A program made the translations under genes and the position numbers. Of a stretch of DNA of 64,000 nt, positions 21,395 through 32,563 are shown one piece after another (the stretch's first letter is position 1; each line of letters starts with the position of its first letter). The notes beneath the pieces are model-generated. The model saw only the letters and a list, made by a program, of their open reading frames with translations. It made no database searches and had not been told where the DNA came from. The stretch lies in contig OX337234.1 of the NCBI GenBank assembly GCA_946965045.2, forward strand, positions 3,224,001 to 3,288,000, read 5' to 3'. The DNA comes from Epithemia pelagica (lineage: Eukaryota; Protista; Bacillariophyta).

Positions 21395-21700
21395 CTCCCG
21401 TCCTCTCAAAACCTTTCCAAGACTTAAACTCAACGCACATCCGGGTGCCCTTGGTCGCACAACACGCCACACATTCCCGTCAAATCGCGAAAATTCGGCG
21501 AAAATTTGTTGAAACTCGGCGAAAATTTGTCGGAATCAATGGAAATTCCCAGGAGTCGCACATCACAACACACATCCGGGTATCATATACGTGGTACATA
21601 CGTGGCACACGTGGTACATCCGGGTTCACATCACATCACACATTAAATAAACCACATCACACCGCACATTAAATAAACATCGAACCAACCAAATAACACC

Positions 21701-24700
21701 ATGGAGCCTCAATCACCCAAGACACCTACGACTCCTAAGGGAGAAGATAACCAAGACAATGTCTCGAACACAGACCTATTCGACCACATCATATTTACTG
21801 TCTGCCAATTCTTTACCAAGGAAAGGGCCGACTACTTAATGAAGTGGATGAAATACCATGGTTTTGAGAACATTACCCATGTTATCTCGTATATGCAAAC
21901 TAATACCGAGGAATCCATGAACGAACTGACACAATACAAGGTCAACAAACAGACACATGATCTACAAGGCCCCACAAGACAGCAGATCAAGCTCTTGGCT
22001 TATTGGGCCATATACAAGACCAATGAAATTCAAGACGAGCTATCCAATAGCGACTGGATGAACCTAACGAGGAAAGAGTTCAACACTTGGAGGATCAACA
22101 CAGATTTCTCTAAGGGACCACCTAGCCAAGTTCCAGTCTTGCCAATGAAGTCACCGTCATCTGTGAAATCTGTCAGCACAGTTACTGCCGCATCCCAATC
22201 TCAACAAGACCTTGCAGCATTCAGAAAGGGAACTAAGCGCGACGCAACTGCGTATGAGGTATTCAAGGATGAACGATACTACGATTCATTCTGGCGTGTA
22301 TTCAAGACTACAGCTAAGGCTCAAGGCCTATCCAACGTTCTGAATTTCAAATACACACCACCCCATGATGATGAGTATGCCGAAGAACTTTTTCAAGAGC
22401 AACAAGTATTTCTTTACTCCGTTCTTGTCCGTATCATTCAGACTGACCAAGGTCGAGCCTATGTACGTGAACATGAACATGATGAAGATGCGCTTGCCGT
22501 ATTGCAGAAGTTACACTCTTTGCATACCGAATCCGACCTAGCAAAACGAGAAGTCCTCCGTTTAACCAACTACATTTCCAATCTACGTCTTGACGACACA
22601 TGGCGCGGAACAACACGTCAATTTCTTCTACACTTTCAAGAGCAGCTACGTTTGCTAGACAATCTAGTGACATTGTCTGATCGCATCCCTGATCATACCA
22701 GGATGACCTTCCTCATGCAAGCTGTAGAAAAGGTACCTGATCTCCGCCAAGTCAAGATCTTGGATAATGTGGTGAACACCAAATCCGGTGCAAAATCCCT
22801 TTGCTATCAATCATACTTCCGTCTCCTTCTAGACGCAGCTTATGACCATGATCAAGCAACCCAGTCATCTGTTCATAGTCGCCGTAGACATGTCAAACAA
22901 CATGAATCACTATATGGCCAAGATACAGATGCTGACATAACCTCACAAGATGATATGGAGTATCATGTCCACAACACCAAAGTGACATCTGAATCTCCAT
23001 CCTCTTCGTCCAAGGTTAGTCTACCGCGTGACCTATGGTTCAAACTTTCTGAAGAAGATCGCAAGTTGATCATTGAGTATAACAAGATGATTCAAGCACC
23101 TTCATCAACAACACCGAGGAAAGTGCAAACACATGCCCTCGACATTGATCCGGAACCTGATCCTGACCCCAACCAAGTTGCATCTGATGACGACTCACCT
23201 GGCGCAGTCCCTGAGCATCCAGATGATTCAGATCCGGTTACACAATTTATCAACCAAGCCATGACGACTGATATCAATCACCTGGCAACTGACTTGACTA
23301 GTGTTCTTTCTAACGCCAAGTCCAAGACGAGCAAGAAGGTTACTTTCAAAGCCAACATGCATAAACAAGCAGGACATGTTCCACGCTATTTGTTTTCCAG
23401 GAAATCTACTTTACCAGGGAATCAATTGATTGACCGTGGTGCTAATGGAGGACTTGCTGGTTCTGACATGCGCATCCTTTCTAAGACTGGCCGCCATATC
23501 ACTATTGTGGGTATTGATAACCATGAGCTTACTGGACTTCCTGTCGTCACATGTGCCGCAAAGTTTGAGACCAATGATGGACCTATTGTCGGCATCTTGG
23601 AAAGGGCTTATCTATCCATGCTCCTGGTCAATTCGGGCATTTCGGACTTGCTGTTGATGAACGATCTGTTAAAGTTGATGGTAAACAACGCATCACTACA
23701 CTTGATGGTCGTGCTATACCCCTTCACATCAAGGATGGGCTAGCCTACATCCACTCCTTGGGTATCCCCAGCGACGATGACATGAATACCTTACCTCAGA
23801 TCATCTTCACGTCACCCGACACATGGGATCCTGGTGTTCTGGACCATTCGTATTCTCCCACACCCTCTGACAATGATCCTGATTGGAAACACGTCAAGAC
23901 TGATGGTAGTATGTCGAACCATCCATATGACAACTATGGGGAGTACACTGATCGTGTTGTTTGTAACCTCAATCTCCTTTTGGATCTCCCATACGATCAT
24001 GGACCTGACGACGCACCCTTCTTTTCTATCTATGCTGACGCAGAAGGTAATGATCCTACACTTCATGCCTCTGTCCACCGTCGTTACCAGGAAGCGTATG
24101 ACTGGAAGAAGTTCCGTCCATTCTTTGGTTGGCAATCTGAAGATGTTATTGCCGATACGTTCAAGCACACTACACGTAATGGTAGCATTACTTTTGACCA
24201 CGACATCCTCAAGAAACATTTCAAGGCTCGCAATCCGGTCCTTAATATACCTCGACGTCATGAACCCGTTGCTACTGACTCGGTTTTCTCCGACACCCCT
24301 GCTGTTGACCATGGCGGTAAAGTCGCACAAATCTTTGTTGGTCGAGATACTCTGGTTACTGATATCTATGGGATCAAGTCAACCAAACAGTTTGTCAATA
24401 CTCTTCAGGACAACATCCGGTTTCGTGGTGCCATGGAGACTCTTATCAGTGATGGTGGTTCATCTCTCATCTCTCAAAAGGTCAAAGACATTCTTCGCAC
24501 TTTGCTTATTGGGGAGTATCGATCCGAACCTTATCATCAACACCAGAATAAGGCTGAAAACCGTTACCAGACCGTCAAACGTATGACCAACGCTTTCATG
24601 AATGCCACTGGTTGCCCTGCCAACACCTGGCTTCTTTGCCTTGAGTATGTCTGTGATTTATTGAACCATACATCATCACCCACCCATTCCGGTCGCACTC

Positions 24701-27369
24701 CTCTTGAGGCTCTCTCCGGACGCCCACCCGACATTACTCATCTCTTGTTCTTTCCTTTCTGGGATGAGGTTTACTACCGTGTCGACCCCGCTGAACCAAA
24801 CTCTGGTTCATATCCATCTTCTTCTGATGAGAAACTTGGCCACTGGGTTGGTTTTGCTCACAACGTTGGTGATTCTTTTACTTGGAAGATTCTCACCCAG
24901 GATAACCAGATAATCTACTGTTCTGCTGTTCGCTGTGTTGAATCCACTACACCTAACCTACGTGTGGATCGACCTTCAGGGGAGGACTCGTCTGAGAAGG
25001 ATGACAATGATAAGCAAGCTGACACTGTCTTCGTTCGCAGTGATAGTGAAGATCCATCCAAACCAATGCCCACGATCGATTTTGACGACATGATAGGACG
25101 CACATTCCTATGCGACACAGAAGAAAATGAGGAGCGACACCGTGCACGTGTCATCAAACGAGTCATTGATCTTAATGAAGAAGCAACGAAACAGGAAGAA
25201 CGTGTCAAGTACATCTACCGAAAGACAAATTCTGATGTTGATGAGATGATATCCTATAATCAACTCATGGAGTATATCGAACGAGATAACCAAGCTCAAA
25301 CCTCTGGAGATAATCTTTTCAGGTTCAGGGACGTCATTGCCCATCAAGGCCCACTGAACACAACTGATCCAGATTACAAGTGGAGCAAATATAATTTGCT
25401 TGTTGATTGGGAAACTGGGGAGACTACCTATGAACCTTTATCACTCATCGCCAATGATGATCCGATCACTGTGGCAATTTATGGAAAGAAACATGGTTTA
25501 CTCAACGAACCTGGATGGAAGCATTTGAAACGTTATGTCAAAACAAGCAAACGTCTCATTCGAGCAGCCAAACAGTCAAGGATTAAACAAGTTCACCATT
25601 CCGTCAAGTATAAGTTTGGATCCCAAGTACCACGCAATTATGAGGAAGCTGTCGCTCTTGATAAACAACATGGCAACACAAAGTGGCAGGATGCAACAGA
25701 ATTAGAATTGTCACAGATCCAGTCCTACAAGACATTCAAGGATTTTGGGAAAGCCATCTTCATTAAAGGGAAAGTATCCAATGCACCTGAAGGATATCAT
25801 AAGATACGCGTACATCTTGTCTTTGACGTAAAACATGATGGACGACATAAAGCAAGACTTGTCGCAGATGGACATCTCACAAAAGAACCTGTTGAGACAA
25901 TCTATTCAGGTGTTGTTTCCATTCGCAACCTCCGCATTGCCTTATTCCTGGGTACTTTGAATGACCTGGAAATATGGGGAGCAGATATTGGAAACGCATA
26001 TCTGGAAGCCTTGACAGGGGAGAAAATTTTCATTGTCGCAGGACCTGAATTCAAGGAATTAGAAGGTCACATCCTGATTATATACAAGGCACTTTATGGA
26101 TTGAAGTCATCAGGCGCACGCTGGCATGATGTCTTATTCGATGTTTTGACAGACATGGGATTTTCACCAAGCAAAGCAGATCCGGATATCTGGATGAGGA
26201 AAGCACCTGGAGAAGACTGTTACGAATACATTGCCGTATACGTTGATGACTTAGCCATTATTTCTACTGATCCTGGGAATATCTGCAAGATCCTGAAGGA
26301 GAAATACAACTTCAAACTCAAAGGAGATGGACCTATTGATTTCCACTTGGGATGTTGTTACACCAAGGATTCTGATGGAACATTAGTAGCAGATCCAAGA
26401 CGCTACATTGGTAAGATGATGGACACTTTCGAACGAATCTTCAAGGAGAAACCCAAGAAAGCCAAAACAACTCTTATTGGTGGAGACCATCCTGAATTGG
26501 ATGATTCTGAGCTCCTTGATGAAGAAGGTACTAGCCATTTCCAAACTCTGATTGGACAACTCCAATGGGTGATCACTATTGGTCGTTTTGACGTCTTCAC
26601 CGCTACAATGACGCTATCACGCTTTCGTGCTGCTCGGAGGAAAGGACATCTTGATAGAGCCAAGCGTATCTATGGATACCTTGCACATCTCCCAGAAGGC
26701 GCAATCAGATTTAGGATTGGAGAGCCTGATTATTCAAGTCTTCCTACCCATGAATTTGATTGGACTTGCACTGTCTATTCGAATGCAAGTGAACGTATTC
26801 CTGAAGACTGCCCAACACCTCTTGGCCGCTATGTTACCACAACTCATTATGTTGATGCCAATCTCATGCATGACATAGTCACTGGTAAATCCGTCACTGC
26901 TGTTCTACATTTGCTGAACGACACACCTATTGACTGGTACAGCAAGAGACAGAGCACGGTGGAAACTGCTACCTATGGATCCGAGTTTGTGGCTGCAAGG
27001 ACAGCAATAGATCAGATTACAGAATTACGACATTCTCTCCGCTACCTTGGAGTACCTATCCGAGAGCGAAGTTACATGTACGGAGATAACAGATCTGTTG
27101 TGCTCAATGCAACCGTTCCTCATTCCATACTATCCAAGAGACACCATCTTCTGTCATACCACCGAGTTTGTGAAGCCATCGCAGCAAAGTATGTTGCATT
27201 CTACTGGAAAGATGGAAAGACCAACCCTGCCAATATCCTTAGCAAACATTGGGATTTCGTATCTATTTGGCCCATGCTCAAGCCATTGTTGTTTTGGAAA
27301 GGAGAAGTTCAAGACCTCAACAAATCCAATGATGACAAGGCTGAAACGACGAGTTGTGGGGAGTGTTAG
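21701..27369 (+). pseudogene. gag-pol: gag-pol polyprotein of copia element 2, frameshifted in the protease at about 23596
   Basis: gag and protease (LIDRGANGG) lie in ORF 21701-23743. The protease continuation LGKGLSIHAPGQF is in the -1 frame and runs into ORF 23758-27369, which has integrase (ATDSVFSD, ISDGG, AENRY), RT (HLVFDVKHD, KALYGLK, YVDD) and RNase H (YVDANL). Confidence 0.93.
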
Positions 27370-28147
27370 AATTCTCACCGTCGATGGTGGTTAGATTCTA
27401 CATCTCATCGATTCCCCATGTCACATAGCCTCGTGCTATCGCATCATGCCATCTAGCTTCGAGCTATGTTCCCTAGCTTCGTGCTATATCGACCTATATT
27501 TCTTCGCAAATCATGAAAAGTGAGAATAGATTGACGAACTCACTCTCAAGACTAAACTGGGTCGTGCGGTATTACAACGGACGTAAATTTGGCCGTTGCT
27601 CGGACATTATACTAACGCCCTAAGCGTACGCGCCCGAAATCATCGAGCGCGCCCAAGCGACATCCGAGCGCTGTCGGCATCTATCCGACCCAACGGTCTA
27701 AGTATCCCAAGCACGACACACGATCACGCGAGACCATATTTCCATTCCCACAATCTCCAAATTGTCAACAAGCTGCGCGCCATGAAAACAACTATGCCAA
27801 TCCAAAGCAAGAGCTGTTGACCCTGTATATGTTATCCGTCCACATATACATGTCATATACATCACATGAATCGACTCCAACTATTCCAAACCTGTTGCCG
27901 CCAAGACCCTATGACACATGACCCTTGGCAGGACCGAACATTTCACGTAGACCTATCGTAGTAATCAACACACAATCTAACAATATCACCATTTATCACA
28001 TCCTCTTTTGTGTCCCGACTATCCTTTTGATAGACTACGACTTGCTTTCCTCTCTTACCCGTGGAGAGGTTTGTATCGGTTGGTGACTACCTGATTGTCT
28101 GCTCTACCGAGCATCAACGCCACTGCAATTCCAAGAGAATTGTACCA
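27364..28147 (+). repeat. 3' LTR of copia element 2 (784 bp)
   Basis: Near-identical to 19783-20566. Confidence 0.97.
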
Positions 28148-28579
28148 AGATTGGTCTGTTGTAGACGCTTCATGTGCCTTTTTGGCAGCCATCTTCTTTC
28201 TGTCTTCAATGGTGATGCGATCAGTGGGGTAGAGAATCGACGTGTGAGAGGCAGTGCACTTGAAGGAATTGCTAAGACGATTTATGGGCGTATTCGGAAA
28301 AGCCTTCTCATAATCGTCCGCGTCGCGACAGTTGAAGCAAAAGAAAAAGCCACCTCGATAGCGTGCATGACGATCGCTTCCAAAAACGGAGCAGGGTTTT
28401 GTTGCGCGGTGCTTGAAGTCACGGCATACCTTGGCAACTCGTTGCCGTTCAGTGAATGAATTCTCTACGGATACGCCAGATTGCTTCCTTCTTGTACAAG
28501 TTTGTAGGTTCGGAGACATCGGCAACTGGTCGATTGTCCTCGCAGAACGACGAATGGGCTCGTGTTTCTCCTTCTCCAT
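28148..28579 (-). pseudogene. 5' part (144 codons) of the RAG1/Transib-like transposase, separated by copia element 2
   Basis: ATG at 28579 (MEKEKHEP...). Removing the copia element and one TSD copy joins ...EASTTDQS to EQVATTNTDPT in frame with 16706-19777. It contains the Cys/His motif CFNC...KCTASH. Confidence 0.75.
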
Positions 28580-29561
28580 GGTATGGAAGGAGCCGCCCTT
28601 TGGTAATAATGTCCGTCTATGTGTCGATTCAACTTCAGCAAGAGGGTTGGTTCTTTCGTCTTGAGATGACAGCGATATTGGAGACAGGCATCTCAAATCG
28701 AAAGGTTCCAGTCATCGGATGCATCAAGGCCCAAACACAATTTTCTCTTTGAAACAAGTGATTCAACAACGAGTGAAAAGCGACTACAGTGATATATGTT
28801 TTTCATGTCTGAATAAAAATTAATATAGAACAAGGCTGGCGATGGAGTGTGACGACTGTGCTATGTGTTCGATGCTCATATTTTCTATAAGAATCGGGCA
28901 TCGGTTTTGCAACGTAATTTGGGCAATGATAGAGACAACCCTGCTCCAATGTAACTATACAGTGCAATAGAGTAAGTACTCTTTTATTGTAATGGATACT
29001 TACATCGGGGCTGGATGTGTGACCTTATTGAGATTAAGAGCGTCTAAGTGGGATCGGTGGGTTATCGAGTAGTTTTTGGCCATTTGGGGTATTTTATTTA
29101 ACAAAATAGGCTTCTCACAGTTTGGTCAATAGTGACGTGTCATGTTTCTGAGATGTTAGAGAATGATGGGAGGCGCGGCATGCGCTCACATTGGGAGTCG
29201 AGCTGCTCGTAATGGTAATTTTGAACGACAAAGCATGCCATGTCATGCGCGCGCCCTCCTTCTCGCGCAACTTTCCTTCTTCGCTCTCGCACTCGCATGC
29301 CCGATTGCGACTGAGGGTTGGTCGCGCACCTCTGAGCTTCCGTGAAAGCGGACAGATTGTCGGCGCGCGAGACTTTGCTACGTGTATCCGAAATCGAATA
29401 GACGATGAGCGAGTTCATGCAACGTATTCCCGTCGGAAACCGCAATGAAAGTTTTGTCTTTTTGGCATCCGATGATGAGCTCACAAAACAAAATTCGCAT
29501 AAAGCTTCTTTCCTACTCCTATTATTACATCATGTGCTACCTAGCAACAACAAACAAACCC

Positions 29562-30378
29562 ATGACGCACGTCGCTACAAACGCCATCGATCAAGAGAAG
29601 AAAAGGACACCATTGTCAGTGATTCTCGCGGTGACGTCGTACCTTTCCTTCCTCGTTATTCTGTTGTGGTTTGTTGCCTTTTTGATCCCCAAGGCCTCCC
29701 TTCCTGACTTTTTGTCGTTTGTTCCCACACTCGACTCTGCCCCTCAAGCACCATGGATACTTGCGATCCTGATTGATCTGGGGCTCATTTCTCTCTTTGG
29801 CACTTGCCATTCTCTCTTTGCACGGCCTGCCTTGAAACAATGGATGAACCTTCCCAAACGATATGAACGAACCTTCTTCATGATTCAGGCAAACACCTGT
29901 TTGGCTATGTTGATGGTGTTCTGGCGAAACTTTGACGGTCCCTCCATCTGGGATGTCACCTCCGCTGAACGAGCTTCAAATCTTGTGACTGGATTCAACT
30001 TGTTCCACATTTGCCTTTGATCACTTTCACTTGTTTGGTCTTACTCAGGGAACTGGCATTGACTTGAACAAGACCATTGGCTTGGCTCCTTCTGCTTCGT
30101 CGCCACTCAACGAATCGAAAGAACAATCGTCTTCGTCCTTGAGTACACGGTGGCATTACCAGATGGTGGCTCACCCCATCATGACTGGTCTCCTTATCAT
30201 GTTTTGGGCCACTCCTCAAATGACACTTCCTCATTTCCTCTTTTCTCTCGGTTGTACCACGTATATTCTCATTGCCGTCTTGCATTTCGAAGAAGCCGAT
30301 CTGCTCAAATCTCATGGTGCAGACTACCAAAAGTACCTCGATTCGGTGCCACGCTTTATTCCCTTTACCAACTTCTAA
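29562..30378 (+). pseudogene. Nurim / methanethiol S-methyltransferase (MddA)-like membrane protein, frameshifted at about 30003
   Basis: Motifs FGTCHSLFARP and ERTFF, then, in the +1 frame, STFAFDHFHLFGLTQ, YQMVAHPIMTG, FWATPQMTLPHFLFS, EEADL, YQKYLDSVPRFIP (isoprenylcysteine-methyltransferase-like family). Several residues appear to be missing at the junction. Confidence 0.7.
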
Positions 30379-31020
30379 TGCAAATCGGAAATGAGAGAAA
30401 TGAGATATGCAGTTTGCCTCCTGACAGATTTGGCCAAGTCCTAGACTTACCAAGATGTGACGGATACTTCATCCTTGTTCACACCAAATACACCACCTTT
30501 CCATCTGTGATTGTTCGTAGTAATTTCAGTACATAAAACTCTTTATAACCAGCATCCTGAATATCGTCAATAGCATCTCGTCTTTTTAGAATGGGGCAGC
30601 TATGCCGAAAGAGTTGTCCGCGCAAGAGTGTTTTGACATTGACCAACGACAACGGGGCTCTTGATATGACAAGTCCCTTAATCGAGATGACAAGTAGGTA
30701 TTTGCTATTGAGGTGCTTTCCAAAATCGTAAAACGTGCTGAAGGTGCCTTCCTCTTCTATTATTCCCTTATTGCTGTCTTCCATATTCCATCTTGATCCT
30801 GCTGTTGCGAACGAGGGCATGTGTCCTGCGAGGACGAATACGAGAGCCAAGGAAAAGATCTGGGCCAAACTACCAAAGGGAAGTAAGAGTTCGTGTCCAA
30901 TCCGGTACAAATCGAACCCATTCTCGAAATTCTTTTCTCCATTGAATCTTGTCTTGACCCTGGTCTAGAGCATTGTCCATCCGGTAGCTACACCCATGAT
31001 GAAAACGGTGTGGGTTTGTT

Positions 31021-32244
31021 TCAAGCCAAGGACGATACCATTGGGTTGCTGTTTGGTTCGGCCGCCACCAAATGGTTGGCGAGTTGTTGAATCAAGACAT
31101 GACGAGCCTCCCAACCATAATGGCCCTGGTTATCTCCCCCAAGGCGATGATTGCCTCTGGATCGGGGAGCAATGGCACCGGCCCAATCCACAAAGGAAAT
31201 GGAAGACTTGGAGTGTTGTTGAATCCACTCTTTGAGGGCTGTATTGTACTCGTGGACACGTGGTTGGTCGTTGATGTGAGACGTGTGACTCCCCCATCCC
31301 GATGTCCGCCAAATCACATGCACGGGTGTCTGTGGTTGTTGCAACACTTGTTGCAGTCCTGTCATGACCTTGTCCATCCACTTGGTCACGGTATGATTGC
31401 CTGGTTCGGGTGAGGATTGTGCACACGTTTGGGGTTCCAGTTCGTGCCAAATGCCCAAGGATACAATCCAGACATCAAAATAGGTGGATAACAATAAGGG
31501 TTGTGCATCGGGTCGTCCTCGTTTCTGTTTGTTGGTGCTTCTTGCAAGACGAGTCTGCTCGGTTTGAAGCAAGTCATGGACCGTTTGCAAACAATTGGCT
31601 TGGTAGCACACAATCTCGGTATCCGCATGATTCTGGTTGTCCACCCCTTTGTTCTTGTGGTTTGGAATGCTACGACAGAGGGAAACAGCAGGATACTGGG
31701 ACCATTGAGGACAGTCTTGCGTGACTGGAGGATGGTCATTGACATGCTGTTCCAACTGAGCCACGGAAATGTCTTCCGTCGTCGCATAGTTCGTCGGAGT
31801 TGTTGTCGTTGTTGTTGCGTGATTCAAGAGAGCATTCAAAAAGAGGGAAGAACGACGTGCCGTTGTGTCGCCAATCCAAAGTATGCGGCGTCCATGGAAA
31901 ATAGATTGCAGTTGCGAAATGGTAAAGAGTTGCCATGGTTCGGTGGGGATCCACAAATTTCCCACCCATGAACCCACCATGGTTTCATTGTTGAGTGTGG
32001 ACCGTAACAAGAGATTGTCCTCGTGGTGGTCGGTTTCCTTGTCTCGTCGATGGGAGGAGGAGGAGGATGCCAACGCCGACGATGACGCTGGCACATGATA
32101 CGGACCATTTCGCCACAACAAGGCCCCTAGCTCAAGCAACGCAGTCAGTAGAATCACAGCCAAGAAGGAATGTCGATATCCAAGCATTGTTCTCATCTTT
32201 CCGATGTGCCGAAAGAAGAGAGACCGTTCCTCGTTGTTTTCCAT
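31021..32244 (-). CDS. Type II membrane SGNH/GDSL-like (PC-esterase-like) protein
   Basis: N-terminal TM segment (FLAVILLTALLELGALLW), RILWIGDTTARR block I, VSLGIWH, VIWRT, and C-terminal DNQGHY (DxxH). Confidence 0.65.
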   Translation of the reverse strand: MENNEERSLFFRHIGKMRTMLGYRHSFLAVILLTALLELGALLWRNGPYHVPASSSALASSSSSHRRDKETDHHEDNLLLRSTLNNETMVGSWVGNLWIPTEPWQLFTISQLQSIFHGRRILWIGDTTARRSSLFLNALLNHATTTTTTPTNYATTEDISVAQLEQHVNDHPPVTQDCPQWSQYPAVSLCRSIPNHKNKGVDNQNHADTEIVCYQANCLQTVHDLLQTEQTRLARSTNKQKRGRPDAQPLLLSTYFDVWIVSLGIWHELEPQTCAQSSPEPGNHTVTKWMDKVMTGLQQVLQQPQTPVHVIWRTSGWGSHTSHINDQPRVHEYNTALKEWIQQHSKSSISFVDWAGAIAPRSRGNHRLGGDNQGHYGWEARHVLIQQLANHLVAAEPNSNPMVSSLA

Positions 32245-32563
32245 TGTTGTTTGATCAAGATAGTCATCGGAGGAGGCCCTACCAGCTACCAGCAACTTTT
32301 TGATTTGTTGCAAATTCTCAAATGGGTAGTTGCCTCGAAGAGAGGGTAGGTTTTGTGTCTTACTCCTCTAGCTAGCAGGAGTAGTATTTCGTTACTATTG
32401 TATCGAAGTTTCCCAATCTCACGAAAAGAGAATGGATACGGAGCTCGTACCTAAAGAGTATTAGGAGTTAAAAGCTATAATCCATGGTTGACATCATTAC
32501 CCAAGTGCTTTCCGCTAGCCGCTTTTTCAAACGATTCCTGTCCACTTGGACTATCCCTAGATC

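Larger units (their letters stand above)
19783..28147 (+). mobile_element. Ty1/copia LTR retrotransposon 2 (CoDi-like), 8365 bp, TSD AGATT
   Basis: 784-bp TG...CA LTRs. AGATT lies at 19778-19782 and 28148-28152. PPT GGGGAG at 27358-27363. Contains gag-PR-IN-RT-RH. Confidence 0.97.

Noticed and set aside
23580-23760. Programmed -1 frameshift in copia element 2
   Set aside because: No slippery heptamer, the break is inside the protease, and conserved residues appear deleted.
30479-30910. 143-aa minus-strand ORF
   Set aside because: No recognisable domain or clear start; may be a fragment.
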